DNA of 64,000 nucleotides, taken from a virus. The position numbers and the translations under genes are program-made. Below are positions 10,366 through 19,801 of this stretch, piece after piece (positions within the stretch are counted from its first letter, which is position 1; each line of letters opens with the position of its first letter). The stretch covers positions 9,531-73,530 of the IMG/VR virus record IMGVR_UViG_3300020220_003756; one strand, written 5' to 3'. Under the pieces are notes generated by a model. It did not search any database and was not told where the DNA came from. It saw only the letters and a program-made list of their open reading frames with translations.

Positions 10366-11390
10366 ATATTATTTTTTACAAATACATCATTGATTTGTCG
10401 ATTGACCCGGATAAATGTAGTGCATTTCGATAGCTGTTTTAGGGTCGGGGCGCCTACATAAGTACAGGCACTGCGGAGTCCCCCCAGCAGATCTAGCACT
10501 GTGTTTTTTACTAGACCTTTGTATTTTACTTCTACTGTGCGTCCTTCTGAACTTCTATATTCAGCAACGCCGCCGCTATGCTTATTCATTGCTGTGTCCG
10601 AACTCATGCCGTAAAAGGTAACTAGGCCGTCCTTGACTTCGCCACCGCCTTCGTCGTGGCCGGCTAACATCCCACCCAGCATGACGAAGTCTGCGCCTGC
10701 GCCAAATGCCTTAGCCACATCGCCTGGGCAAGTGCAGCCACCATCAGCAACGATATGGGCGCCGAGCCCATGGGCCGCATCACTGCACTCAATGATCGCA
10801 GAAAGTTGCGGGTAGCCAACTCCAGTCTGTATCCTAGTCGTGCATACCGATCCCGGTCCGATTCCAACTTTGACGATGTCGGCTCCCCGTAAAATAAGTT
10901 CTTGGGTCATATCAGCAGTGACCACATTACCGGCGATGATGGTTTTGTCTGGCCAGGCGTCACGGACGTCTGCGACATAATCACCGAATGTTTCGCTGTA
11001 GCCGTTGGCTACGTCGATGCAGACGAAACGGATCTCTGGATAGGCATTGATTATTCGGCTCAGTCTTTGGAAATCTCGTTCGCCAGTGCCGGTGCTGACA
11101 GCGAAACAATTGCCGCTGTACTCAGTGGCTAAGTCAAACAGGTCCTCTTCGTCGTAAGACTTTACCAAACAGGTAAACATACTATGCCCGGAAAGAGTCT
11201 TAGCCATTTCGATCGTACCTACTCCATCCATGTTGGCAGCCATTATGGGAACGCCCGTCCATTCTTGACTGCTGTGACGGAATTTATAAGTTCTGGAAAG
11301 TTCTACTTCTTTTCGGCTGCTTAAAGTAGAACGTTTGGGACGGATCAACACATCACGAAAGTCTAATTTGACTTCGTCTTCGATACGCAT
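10362..11390 (-). CDS. guaC: GMP reductase
   Basis: [40 protein letters not shown]. Confidence 0.96.
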   Translation of the reverse strand: MRIEDEVKLDFRDVLIRPKRSTLSSRKEVELSRTYKFRHSSQEWTGVPIMAANMDGVGTIEMAKTLSGHSMFTCLVKSYDEEDLFDLATEYSGNCFAVSTGTGERDFQRLSRIINAYPEIRFVCIDVANGYSETFGDYVADVRDAWPDKTIIAGNVVTADMTQELILRGADIVKVGIGPGSVCTTRIQTGVGYPQLSAIIECSDAAHGLGAHIVADGGCTCPGDVAKAFGAGADFVMLGGMLAGHDEGGGEVKDGLVTFYGMSSDTAMNKHSGGVAEYRSSEGRTVEVKYKGLVKNTVLDLLGGLRSACTYVGAPTLKQLSKCTTFIRVNRQINDVFVKNNI

Positions 11391-11402
11391 TTGATACCTT
11401 TC

Positions 11403-11642
11403 TTAGAAAAGTTTTGCCGGAAGTTGTTGTTCTCTTAATTTTTTACGCCATCTTGCTTTGGCAGCAGATTTTTTCCGTTTACGAATACTGGTTGGTTTTT
11501 CGTAAAATTCATGTTTTCTAAGATCATCTAAAATATTAGAATCTTCGATTTTTTTCTTGAAACGCCTGAGGGCCTGGTTAATGTTTTCGTTTTCTTTGAA
11601 AACAACCGTCCTTCCCTGTAATTGATTGTTAAATTGTTTCAT
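11403..11642 (-). CDS. rpsU: Ribosomal protein bS21
   Basis: ENINQALRRFKKK...LRKHEFYEKPTSIRKRKKSAA. Confidence 0.93.
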   Translation of the reverse strand: MKQFNNQLQGRTVVFKENENINQALRRFKKKIEDSNILDDLRKHEFYEKPTSIRKRKKSAAKARWRKKLREQQLPAKLF

Positions 11643-12018
11643 TATTTTCCATTCTAAAAGTAAGCAATTCTACAACATCTTCGACTGAGTATATAGCAGA
11701 TTTGTTAATTTTATTCAATTTTTTTAATGTGCCAAAGTAATAAGAATTTCGTTGGGCAGCAAAATATCCTACCATGGTATCATCGAGAGAGTCTGCATTA
11801 AAGATTATAAAGTCGCTTTTGAGTTTTTTGTCTAATATCCAATCTATTGAATCGGTAGGTCTAGCGGAATACACTACTATGTTTCCCACTTTGTTGAGAC
11901 GGAGTAAACTTTCTGAAATTATTTGGGTTTGATTTTCTGTAAGATCATAGATTAAAAATCTAAAACTATCTGGTAAAAAATCATCCGGAACAGTGACTAT
12001 GATTACATGGTCAGACAT
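11629..12018 (-). CDS. Hypothetical protein
   Basis: 129-aa ORF in operon-like run. Confidence 0.7.
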   Translation of the reverse strand: MSDHVIIVTVPDDFLPDSFRFLIYDLTENQTQIISESLLRLNKVGNIVVYSARPTDSIDWILDKKLKSDFIIFNADSLDDTMVGYFAAQRNSYYFGTLKKLNKINKSAIYSVEDVVELLTFRMENNETI

Positions 12019-12020
12019 CT

Positions 12021-13538
12021 TTAACCTTTTTTGATCCTTTGCCAGATAGTATTGTCATTTTGTTCGGCATTTTGAATATAATCGGTCATTCTTCCTTGCT
12101 TCGTACTATCTGCTGCATTCCCTCTTTCTCCATCCATCTCGTTATCTTTTTTTTTAGATTCTGACTCTACTAGATGATCTCCTGGGCGTTCGTTGGATTT
12201 TTGAAGTTGTTCTTGGGCCCATTTAGCTGCCTCCAACGCCGCTTCATCGTCACCGAAATCGGCTATAGGTTTAAGATAATCTTCCCAGGGCAATTTATCG
12301 ATGATCCCTCTTTCTAGCAACATTCTTTGATGCTTGACGCTGTTCTTGATACCTTCGGATTTCCAGATTCTCATCGCTATTTTTTCTGTTTCTGCTGCCT
12401 GCTCTATAAGTTCTTCTTCTTTTTCTTCGTCGACGGCTCGTTCTGCCTCGGCGATCATTTCGTTCCATTCTTCTAACGGATCCTTTTTAGATTCTTCAGA
12501 AACTTTAGATTTGACTGGATCGGTTTCTATCTCCGCTATTTTTCTGTTGGCTTCTTCTGCAACATCATCTCCAGTCTGTGTTTCTGGATCTGTTTGTGGT
12601 TGTCCGCCACTTCCTTCATCAACTGATCCGATCGCGGACTGCTGTGATGGGGATGTTTCTTCTCTGTCGACTTCCGATGGGGTGTCCTCTTGAACCAACT
12701 CATTTTTTCGCTCCTCTTCTTGTTGTCTGAACCATTGGAAACTGTATTGGCTAGACAATAGTAATACCACTGCCAGGGGATCGAACACCAACACGATGGT
12801 TATAATCACCCAGGTTACTGCTCTTTCTAACATGTTCTGATCGGTCTGATCGCCATAGATCAGTTTGGCGATATATTTGATTGGACCCACTTCGGCCTCG
12901 ACCTTGCGCATCTCTGCCCGAACAGGTGCGATTTCTTCCTGTAGTTTTACGATTCGAGATTGCGCTTCTTCGATCTGCTTGGTCAATGTTTCTCGATCTC
13001 GAGATTGGCTACGGCGGATCTGCAGGCTGCGTTCTGCGGCACTGCGCACCTGTGTCGTACCATCTTTGAGTTTGATTTCTTGATCACCTGTGGCGATGAC
13101 CCCAGTAACGGCTGCATCCATCTGTTTGATAACTGCCTGAGCGTTGGCTATGTTCTCACGCTCGATCTTGATCTTTTCATCTGCCAGAGATATCTTGGCC
13201 TGTACATCACCGCTGACGATATTTTGATCCAGATGCGCCTTTGACAGATACCCGAATATGCCCAAAGACGTTATGATCATCAATATGGCGATAGCGGCTA
13301 TGAGATATATCTTGATCAGACTAGGTGCCCGGTGCCAGTTCCATTTCAACCATACAGTGGCTACCAGTTTGCTGACTTCTAAGGCCACTCCCATTATGAT
13401 GATGGACACGGCACTAGCGGCAAAAATAGAAACTAGGCCTGCCACCGAATACCACACTGCCACAGCAGAAATTATCAATCCACTGAGCAATGTTAGATAT
13501 GCTATTATCTTGTCAGATGTGCCATACGTATATTTCAT
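12021..13538 (-). CDS. Membrane-anchored coiled-coil protein with acidic C-terminus
   Basis: 3 N-terminal TM segments, coiled coil, further TM (VFDPLAV), Glu-rich tail. Confidence 0.8.
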   Translation of the reverse strand: MKYTYGTSDKIIAYLTLLSGLIISAVAVWYSVAGLVSIFAASAVSIIIMGVALEVSKLVATVWLKWNWHRAPSLIKIYLIAAIAILMIITSLGIFGYLSKAHLDQNIVSGDVQAKISLADEKIKIERENIANAQAVIKQMDAAVTGVIATGDQEIKLKDGTTQVRSAAERSLQIRRSQSRDRETLTKQIEEAQSRIVKLQEEIAPVRAEMRKVEAEVGPIKYIAKLIYGDQTDQNMLERAVTWVIITIVLVFDPLAVVLLLSSQYSFQWFRQQEEERKNELVQEDTPSEVDREETSPSQQSAIGSVDEGSGGQPQTDPETQTGDDVAEEANRKIAEIETDPVKSKVSEESKKDPLEEWNEMIAEAERAVDEEKEEELIEQAAETEKIAMRIWKSEGIKNSVKHQRMLLERGIIDKLPWEDYLKPIADFGDDEAALEAAKWAQEQLQKSNERPGDHLVESESKKKDNEMDGERGNAADSTKQGRMTDYIQNAEQNDNTIWQRIKKG

Positions 13539-13548
13539 GAACTATTAT

Positions 13549-13992
13549 TTATTGCTTCAACCATCGCCAATTTGTGTGCGCATTATCAAAGCAGGCAGTC
13601 TGTGACAGGGTTTTTTCTACTCCGTAGGCGATCGCCTGAACATGCATCCTTCTGCAATAACCGGAACCAGTCGGCCAGGTCAACACCGGCCTAGCATAGC
13701 CGCTGGCATCGCCTCTATACCACTCAACCGTTTGACCGTTTTCAGCAAACATAACTGCATGCGTCAAGGCCTGATGATAAGCGGATTTTTGATCATCATC
13801 TAGTGTCTTGAAAAATCCAAAAGATACAGTTATAGCCTCATTGATAAATGATTCGCTTCGATATTCAAAGAATCTTGGATTGTTAATATCGTTGGCCTGA
13901 ACAGTGCTAGCGACCAATAACATCGACAACTTCCCAACTACCATCAGGCTTTTGACAACTGATACCTTTGCGTTGGACATCATTTCCTCCAA
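13549..13992 (-). CDS. Secreted protein, 17-kDa surface-antigen-like C-terminus (true start probably downstream)
   Basis: ENGQTVEW...GYCRR...TACFD...WR pattern. Confidence 0.6.
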   Translation of the reverse strand: MEEMMSNAKVSVVKSLMVVGKLSMLLVASTVQANDINNPRFFEYRSESFINEAITVSFGFFKTLDDDQKSAYHQALTHAVMFAENGQTVEWYRGDASGYARPVLTWPTGSGYCRRMHVQAIAYGVEKTLSQTACFDNAHTNWRWLKQ

Positions 13993-14227
13993 TCCTCATC
14001 CAATAAGTAAACTCACCGCAATACGGACTAAATCCGGCCCTTGATGCTGTTAATCTTTTGATCTGATCATCCGTGCATTCTACCTGAGTTTTACTGTTAA
14101 CACGTTCTCCATTTTGGGTTTCAATAGTTTGGCTAGTATGACAATACTGTGGCTTTTTCGCTGAAACCTTAGGTGCTGAAGAACACCCGACTAATAATAG
14201 GCCGGCTAATATGATAGCGATCTTCAT
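13907..14227 (-). CDS. Putative lipoprotein
   Basis: Lipobox LVGC; ends CQKPDGSWEV. Confidence 0.75.
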   Translation of the reverse strand: MKIAIILAGLLLVGCSSAPKVSAKKPQYCHTSQTIETQNGERVNSKTQVECTDDQIKRLTASRAGFSPYCGEFTYWMRIGGNDVQRKGISCQKPDGSWEVVDVIGR

Positions 14228-14715
14228 TACTGTGCCTTCGCAGACTTGGCTTCTTGCATCAATCTCTCAAAAGTTTCCAGAGGCATCTTGATCCGTACAT
14301 AGGTATGCACACGGCTAGTAGCAGCCAATTGATAAGAATGCTTCTTGACTTCAAGATGCTCTCGGATCACGGTATCTACCACTTTGTGCTCGACAAAAGT
14401 TCGAGTGTTGCGCTTGTCATTGGTGATGTCAATAGTGGTAGACGAGTTGACCGAACCGTTGATGCGTTCGGCGAAACCCTTGACAGCGAATGCATAGGCC
14501 TGTGCTTCTGCGGCCTGCTCATAGATGCTTTCTCCCATTCCGCAGGCATAGGCAAATTTGTCACGATTCCAGAACTTCCACCCTTCGGAGCCGATCTGTT
14601 CGCAATCAACATACCAATTAGGATGCGCTTTGGTATCACGGACTTCGATGGTTTTCATAGAAGAGCAGCCAGTGACTGCCGCAGCCATAATGCCGATTAT
14701 AATTGCCTTTTTCAT
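14227..14715 (-). CDS. Putative lipoprotein (LPP20-like)
   Basis: Lipobox VTGC; HPNWY, ACGMGES. Confidence 0.75.
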   Translation of the reverse strand: MKKAIIIGIMAAAVTGCSSMKTIEVRDTKAHPNWYVDCEQIGSEGWKFWNRDKFAYACGMGESIYEQAAEAQAYAFAVKGFAERINGSVNSSTTIDITNDKRNTRTFVEHKVVDTVIREHLEVKKHSYQLAATSRVHTYVRIKMPLETFERLMQEAKSAKAQ

Positions 14716-14750
14716 AATTACCTTTCTGTGTGTGAGTTACGACATTAATA

Positions 14751-14779
14751 ATTATAGCATCGCAGCCAACCAAAGTCAA
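14751..14779 (-). promoter_or_regulatory. sigma70-type promoter
   Basis: TTGACT-17-TATAAT upstream of the lipoprotein trio. Confidence 0.75.
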
Positions 14780-14796
14780 CTACGGTGATTACCAAT

Positions 14797-15132
14797 CTAC
14801 TTGAAGAAGATCAATGCCATCATCACGGCCTGGAGCATGAATCCAAAACCCAGGGTGACGATATTGAACATGTCTCGTTTGGCAGCGGCTTTGGCGAACA
14901 GCAGGGCCAGTCCAAACCAAACCATCAAAACCAAATCCACCGCAGGCATCTTGTCAGTGATGCCTGCCATCACTGCTAAGAAACTAGGTATAGTGGCCGA
15001 GTGTAAGACCAAAATGGCCACCCATTCTAGGCTCTCCGGGCTCAGCCGACTGAAATATCTTTTGAGACCGTCGCGGACCTTTTCTATGTCAAATGTTTTC
15101 ATTTGGTTTCCTGTAGAAGATGTGGGCTCCAA
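14797..15132 (-). CDS. Small membrane protein
   Basis: Three hydrophobic segments; follows the cell-wall hydrolase. Confidence 0.7.
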   Translation of the reverse strand: MEPTSSTGNQMKTFDIEKVRDGLKRYFSRLSPESLEWVAILVLHSATIPSFLAVMAGITDKMPAVDLVLMVWFGLALLFAKAAAKRDMFNIVTLGFGFMLQAVMMALIFFK

Positions 15133-15634
15133 TTTTAATTATCCTTTCTAGTTTCCAGTTAGGGCTGACGTAATCAGCATGATAATACAATGCTTTATTT
15201 AAGCTGTCAAGACGGAATCCTTCCAGGTAGACTTTTTTAGCCACTGCATAACTATCGGCATAGGCCTTATCGTTGATCTTGCGATTTCTATGGTTAGCAT
15301 CGCAGTACCAAGAGAACTGGCAGATAACCGTGGAAAAGATCACGGTCTTTTCGTAGACTACTCCGCATACCGTTTTTGGAAATCTCGGATCCTTCACCCT
15401 GTTTAGTGTGACCTGAGCGACAGCTACTTTACCTTCGAACGGTTCGTATCCCGCTTCGCGATAGATGTTCAGAGCAAGACATTCTAGATCTTTTTCTATG
15501 CTCTCCGCAGATACAAATTGATATCCTTCTTGTCCGCTTAACTTTTGAAATTTCCATCCGGTTATCGAACTTACTACAAACATCACCAACAACAGCGATA
15601 CTGCTATACTACCCAATCTAAGAGATTGAAACAT
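15089..15634 (-). CDS. Cell wall hydrolase (SleB/Hydrolase_2 family)
   Basis: CLALNIYREA..E...GKVAVAQVTLNRV, CQFSWYC, YYHADYVSPNW, IGAHIFY; start MFQSL behind AGGAGG. Confidence 0.92.
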   Translation of the reverse strand: MFQSLRLGSIAVSLLLVMFVVSSITGWKFQKLSGQEGYQFVSAESIEKDLECLALNIYREAGYEPFEGKVAVAQVTLNRVKDPRFPKTVCGVVYEKTVIFSTVICQFSWYCDANHRNRKINDKAYADSYAVAKKVYLEGFRLDSLNKALYYHADYVSPNWKLERIIKIGAHIFYRKPNENI

Positions 15635-15906
15635 TGTGTTCCTCCTTTCATTTGGTGTCACGATCTTCTGTGACATTACACTACAGGGAGTTAACTTCAC
15701 GAGGCTCTATAAGAGAACCCTTGGTTCGTGTAGTCGTCTCCATCAGTTACGACACGCTGCCTTGCTGTTTACAAGACTGCGCTTTCACCTTTGGCGAGCA
15801 TGGCTTCCCGAATCTCACGGGTTTCTCATTGGCCAAGACTCGCGGGTCTGGACATTAAACTGGTTCGCTCCGTCCGGACCAACTATCTCAGTTTCTTGCG
15901 AAACGT
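15635..15906 (-). ncRNA. Candidate structured RNA / long 5' leader
   Basis: About 270 nt without a credible ORF, containing at least six hairpins including a GCAA tetraloop. Confidence 0.5.
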
Positions 15907-15951
15907 TTAATATATATCGCATTTTACTGTCAGAGTGTAAAAAATACACGA

Positions 15952-16368
15952 TTATCGACGATTTTTGACAATATTTACAACGAAATCTTCAAAAACTTTT
16001 TCCGGCCAGGTACTCTTTGCGTTATTAACCCAATGAGTGGTAAATCTCACATTGCCTTTTACATAGCCTTTATTGTTGTTGATTCTATCCAAACTCGCTC
16101 GATATGGGTTTTTGTCTTCTCTAGTTCCAGATTTTGTCTGCATTTTAATGCCGCTTACAGCACACAATCCGTTTTGTCGATGCCACAGTTTAACGAGATA
16201 ATCTCGATCGAGATCAAAATCCCATCCGTTGTTTTTAGCCCGTTTAGCGCTGTCTTTTAAAATAGTCATTGATAACCAAGGACCGATATCATTATCGGCA
16301 TTTTGAAATACTTTCTTTATGTACCGTTCTCTTTTATTGTCAATCAAAAATAGGGTGTTAAATGTCAT
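15952..16368 (-). CDS. HNH-like phage endonuclease
   Basis: QNGLCAVSG...SLDRINNNKGYVKGNVRF...VNNAK. Confidence 0.7.
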   Translation of the reverse strand: MTFNTLFLIDNKRERYIKKVFQNADNDIGPWLSMTILKDSAKRAKNNGWDFDLDRDYLVKLWHRQNGLCAVSGIKMQTKSGTREDKNPYRASLDRINNNKGYVKGNVRFTTHWVNNAKSTWPEKVFEDFVVNIVKNRR

Positions 16369-16369
16369 T

Positions 16370-16759
16370 CTATCGCCTCATTTTAGAAATTTCAACTGCC
16401 TCTTCATCAGAAAAAATCGGCACAGCATTACTCTTGTGCATGGTACCAATGCCTTTGATCTTAGTGCCTGTATAGACTTTCTGTTCGGGCTTGGTGCAGG
16501 GACCAGCGGTAAATGGAAGGCTTTCGATCTTAGGTTGGTCGCTGCCTCGATAAGATCTAGGTGCAGGTTTCCAGGTATCCGCAGTCATGGCTCTGCGGCG
16601 CTTCTTTTCTTCTGATTCGATACCCCATTTTTTCTGTAGGGCCTTCCAAGATTCTTCCAATTCGCGAGCCTTGCGGGCTTCGTCGGAATTGCGGAACTGG
16701 CGTTTGCCCTTGCGTTTGCCTGTGGTGGATAACCAAGGGCCTTCTAGATGCATGCTCAA
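16370..16759 (-). CDS. Conserved phage hypothetical protein
   Basis: C-terminal GIGTMHKSNAVP motif recalled from T4-like phages; promoter TTGACA-17-TAGAAT at 16820-16792. Confidence 0.75.
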   Translation of the reverse strand: MSMHLEGPWLSTTGKRKGKRQFRNSDEARKARELEESWKALQKKWGIESEEKKRRRAMTADTWKPAPRSYRGSDQPKIESLPFTAGPCTKPEQKVYTGTKIKGIGTMHKSNAVPIFSDEEAVEISKMRR

Positions 16760-16816
16760 AAGATCCTCCTATACAGTTAGATAATGCTAGTATTCTAGCA
16801 TCTCTCCTAGAAGTTG

Positions 16817-17236
16817 TCAATCAAAATCTTTTTTGAGCGTTTCTGCCGTTTCGGGATCCAATTGAATCTCTTTTGGGGTATCGCCGAGATAGTAGCCAAA
16901 GTACACAGGAAATCCTGCTTGCCACAGTCTCCTTTCGTGTTGAGGCAATCTCCAGCACACATAGTCATCTGGTTTGACGATCGGTTCTTTAGGAGGCTCG
17001 TTGTAGGGGCGATTGAGTTCAGGTTCCGATCCTGCCCAGCCGCTGCTTCCTGGAAAGGCATAATTATATGGCCCGGTATCTACTCTAAAGTATAATTTTT
17101 TTGCTGCTTCTGGCAGCGATCCGAGCGACTTGTCATATTCTAATATTTTTGCCTCTAACACGATACCGTTACCATAGAAACATTCATTGAATTCAAGTTT
17201 AAACAGGTCGCTCAATTCTAATTTTGTAGTAAGCAT
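16817..17236 (-). CDS. Hypothetical protein
   Basis: 139-aa ORF with GAGG SD. Confidence 0.65.
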   Translation of the reverse strand: MLTTKLELSDLFKLEFNECFYGNGIVLEAKILEYDKSLGSLPEAAKKLYFRVDTGPYNYAFPGSSGWAGSEPELNRPYNEPPKEPIVKPDDYVCWRLPQHERRLWQAGFPVYFGYYLGDTPKEIQLDPETAETLKKDFD

Positions 17237-17270
17237 ATAATCCTCTCTGACAAATATTAGTTATCTCTCT

Positions 17271-17298
17271 AAAAAAGAGAGCCCGGATAAACCGGGCT
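17271..17298 (-). terminator. Intrinsic terminator after ahpD
   Basis: AGCCCGG-TTTAT-CCGGGCT followed by T tract. Confidence 0.7.
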
Positions 17299-17319
17299 AG
17301 AATACAACTATGTTTAAAA

Positions 17320-17835
17320 TTAATTTTGTAAAACTCTTGATACTGCGGTAATCACTGAGGCAATGCGGCCGATGTCACGAAGTTGTTCTACTGTATAGCC
17401 TTCCTTCTTTAGTGTTTCATAGTGTGCTTTGACGCAGAAATGACACTTACCTACGATCGAAGCCGATAATGCGTATGCTTCGAATCTGGCCTTAGTAGTT
17501 CCGCCATGTGTAGCGATGGCATTCATACGTAACTGTGCCGGCAATCCGCTGAGTGATTCATCCTCGGCCATTTCTACGTAAGGATACCAAACATTGTTCA
17601 TGGCCATTAAACTGGCTGCGGTAATTGCGGCTTCGGATTCTCGTTGATCTGCGATCTGACTCTGCATCCAAGTCCATAGTTTTGAATTACCTGTGGCAAA
17701 AGCCGCCGCGAGAGCAACCGCTTCTGCTTCTTCCTGTGGCAGAGTAGAACGCTTGACTACGGCATCGATATTGAGTCGTGTGTCCTTAGCGTAGTCAGGA
17801 ATAGTATCCTTGATTTGATCTACCCATGCAGTCAT
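17320..17835 (-). CDS. ahpD: Alkyl hydroperoxide reductase AhpD
   Basis: MAMNNVWY, LRMN, GKCHFCVKAH. Confidence 0.93.
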   Translation of the reverse strand: MTAWVDQIKDTIPDYAKDTRLNIDAVVKRSTLPQEEAEAVALAAAFATGNSKLWTWMQSQIADQRESEAAITAASLMAMNNVWYPYVEMAEDESLSGLPAQLRMNAIATHGGTTKARFEAYALSASIVGKCHFCVKAHYETLKKEGYTVEQLRDIGRIASVITAVSRVLQN

Positions 17836-18393
17836 TTAAGCCACCTTTAGTTTTTTGGTTTCTAATGTATCTGCACCTACTTGACGGTTACACTCACAGA
17901 GTTCGCCAGTTTGTAGTGCATCAAGAATACGCAGAGTTTCTTCTGCGTTACGGCCAACGTTCAAGTTATTCACAGTAACATGCTGGATGACATTGTCTGG
18001 ATCAACGATGAATGTTGCGCGAAGGGCCGCACCCGCCGGAACAAAGAACACGCCCAGTTGCTCAACAAGACTCAGTTCACCGCGCTGTGTGTCAGCGAAC
18101 TGAACGTGCTTGATCTTAGCAAGGTCGCTGTGTGCTTTCTGCCAGCCTAGTTTGCAGAACTCATTGTCTGTGCTTCCAGTCAGCAATACTGCATCACGGT
18201 CTGCGAAATCTTGTTGTAATTTATCATAGGCAACGATTTCTGTGGGGCAAACGAAAGTAAAGTCTTTTGGATAGCATACGATAACTTTCCATTTACCTTC
18301 AAAAGACTTTTCAGTGATGTCAAAAAACTTATCACTACCTGGATTGATACCGGTCACTACAAATGCTTCTAATCTATCACCAATTGTTTTCAT
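17836..18393 (-). CDS. ahpC: Peroxiredoxin AhpC
   Basis: YPKDFTFVCPTEI, RATFIVDP, VGRN. Confidence 0.96.
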   Translation of the reverse strand: MKTIGDRLEAFVVTGINPGSDKFFDITEKSFEGKWKVIVCYPKDFTFVCPTEIVAYDKLQQDFADRDAVLLTGSTDNEFCKLGWQKAHSDLAKIKHVQFADTQRGELSLVEQLGVFFVPAGAALRATFIVDPDNVIQHVTVNNLNVGRNAEETLRILDALQTGELCECNRQVGADTLETKKLKVA

Positions 18394-18574
18394 GTGTTTC
18401 TCCTTGTGTGTGTTGAAAACTTAGAACTATTTTACAATTTATTTAACCTATAGATCAAGAGATTTTAATAGGTTTTTGTTATTATTTTCCTATGGAGTTC
18501 ATAGGTAAAAACAATATTGTGCGTACAAAATATGCACTGGACAAGTATATAACCAACGGTCAGTAGGGGTCAAG

Positions 18575-18600
18575 AAAAAAGTGGCCCGAAGGCCACTTTT
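18575..18600 (-). terminator. Intrinsic terminator of the tmRNA gene
   Basis: AAAAGTGGCC-TTCG-GGCCACTTTT then T tract. Confidence 0.85.
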
Positions 18601-18886
18601 GGTATTTTGGGAAACAAGGCATACCAACCCCGTGGAGACTACGCCGCTAGGCGAGTTTCTCCAAAAAATGCGTCGTTTGCATTTATAGTTTTGCTTGATT
18701 TACAGTCATCGCCTACTGTGTTGCCGTCTCCGTTATCTCACCCTGTCGAAACCGGTCGGACCCCTCAGAAACACACTGTACAGATATTAGCAATGGCCTC
18801 TGTGGGACGATCAGTGTGCTTTTGGTGGATCCGGGGGGAATCGAACCCCCGTCCAGAATGCCTTCACATCGAAGGATGTACAACAA
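18601..18886 (-). ncRNA. ssrA: Circularly permuted (two-piece) tmRNA; tag ANDAFFGETRLAA
   Basis: Acceptor piece first (T arm GGGGG-TTCGATT-CCCCC, CGGATCC-ACCA ending 18823), 59-nt intervening hairpin, then 5' piece GGGTCCG at 18763 giving G3.U70; resume context ATAAAT-GCA at 18680, TAG at 18641-18639. Confidence 0.93.
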
Positions 18887-18895
18887 TACTGTTAT

Positions 18896-19153
18896 TTAAC
18901 TATCTCTTGACTCTAATGTCAATACTTTTAGATTTAGTAACATGTTTTCTACTGTTAGTTTGGTTATAGTACTTAGTAGAATGACTTTGTCATCGAACGT
19001 GTATTCGGGCTTGTCAAACATTTCTAATATGCTAGTCGCCACCATCTTATAGGCCTGTTCTTTGCCTACGGCCAATCTATCCCAAGGTATGGAATCCTGT
19101 CCTTCTACCTCTTGTGCTATATCTACTAGGAGATCTAGATCTACTTTATGCAT
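18896..19153 (-). CDS. Hypothetical protein
   Basis: 85-aa ORF in operon-like run. Confidence 0.7.
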   Translation of the reverse strand: MHKVDLDLLVDIAQEVEGQDSIPWDRLAVGKEQAYKMVATSILEMFDKPEYTFDDKVILLSTITKLTVENMLLNLKVLTLESRDS

Positions 19154-19156
19154 AAA

Positions 19157-19801
19157 TTATTTGATTTCTAATTGGTCTATGCTGGTACCAAATACGCCTT
19201 TGGGGAAAACGTTAAATGCTAGGCTATATCTGGTTTTGTCTGATAGATTTTCTGTGACAGAATGATATAAAAGGCTAGGAAATAATATCAAATCGCCGAC
19301 TTGAGGATATATTCCCCAGGCATCGGCGTTGAATACATTTAATCGATCTTGATCACCGTGTTGTTGATAATTGAATCCAATCTCAACCGTATCAGTCCAA
19401 AGGTTATAATAACTTTTATCTTTTTGGAACACTATGGCACCGCTTTGATCATAGACTTCGAGATAATAGATTCCGCTTATGATGCTGTTAGAATGTCGAT
19501 GAGAGCCTGCAAAATCATTCCTGTCGTGCCTATTGACCCAACTATTCTGTATCTCAAAGTTCAATCGATCATCACAGTCTAATATCTGGTGGAGGAAATA
19601 ATCAATGTGAGCCTGTATTTTTCCTCGAAGACCGACTAGTTCTGCCGAATCTAATATGCGTTTGTTTTCAGTGTAACTGCCATTTTCTGCAGGCATGCGA
19701 GAAAAGACCTGTGATTTTATAAAATTTAAATCATCGCTATCACGTTCTATATTAGACTGATACAAGGGAATAGGAAACAACGGAGTAAGATTATGATTCA
19801 T
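19157..19801 (-). CDS. 2OG-Fe(II) oxygenase (TIGR02466-like)
   Basis: SWVN, HRH, ISGIYY, LILFPSLLYHSV, RYSLAFN. Confidence 0.88.
   Translation of the reverse strand: MNHNLTPLFPIPLYQSNIERDSDDLNFIKSQVFSRMPAENGSYTENKRILDSAELVGLRGKIQAHIDYFLHQILDCDDRLNFEIQNSWVNRHDRNDFAGSHRHSNSIISGIYYLEVYDQSGAIVFQKDKSYYNLWTDTVEIGFNYQQHGDQDRLNVFNADAWGIYPQVGDLILFPSLLYHSVTENLSDKTRYSLAFNVFPKGVFGTSIDQLEIK

Noticed and set aside
18823-18856. Stand-alone tRNA gene
   Set aside because: T arm and CCA are present, but no anticodon arm or matching 5' strand lies upstream; the 5' strand is downstream, which fits a permuted tmRNA.
18607-18969. 120-aa plus-strand ORF in the track
   Set aside because: Antisense to the tmRNA, with no recognisable protein features.
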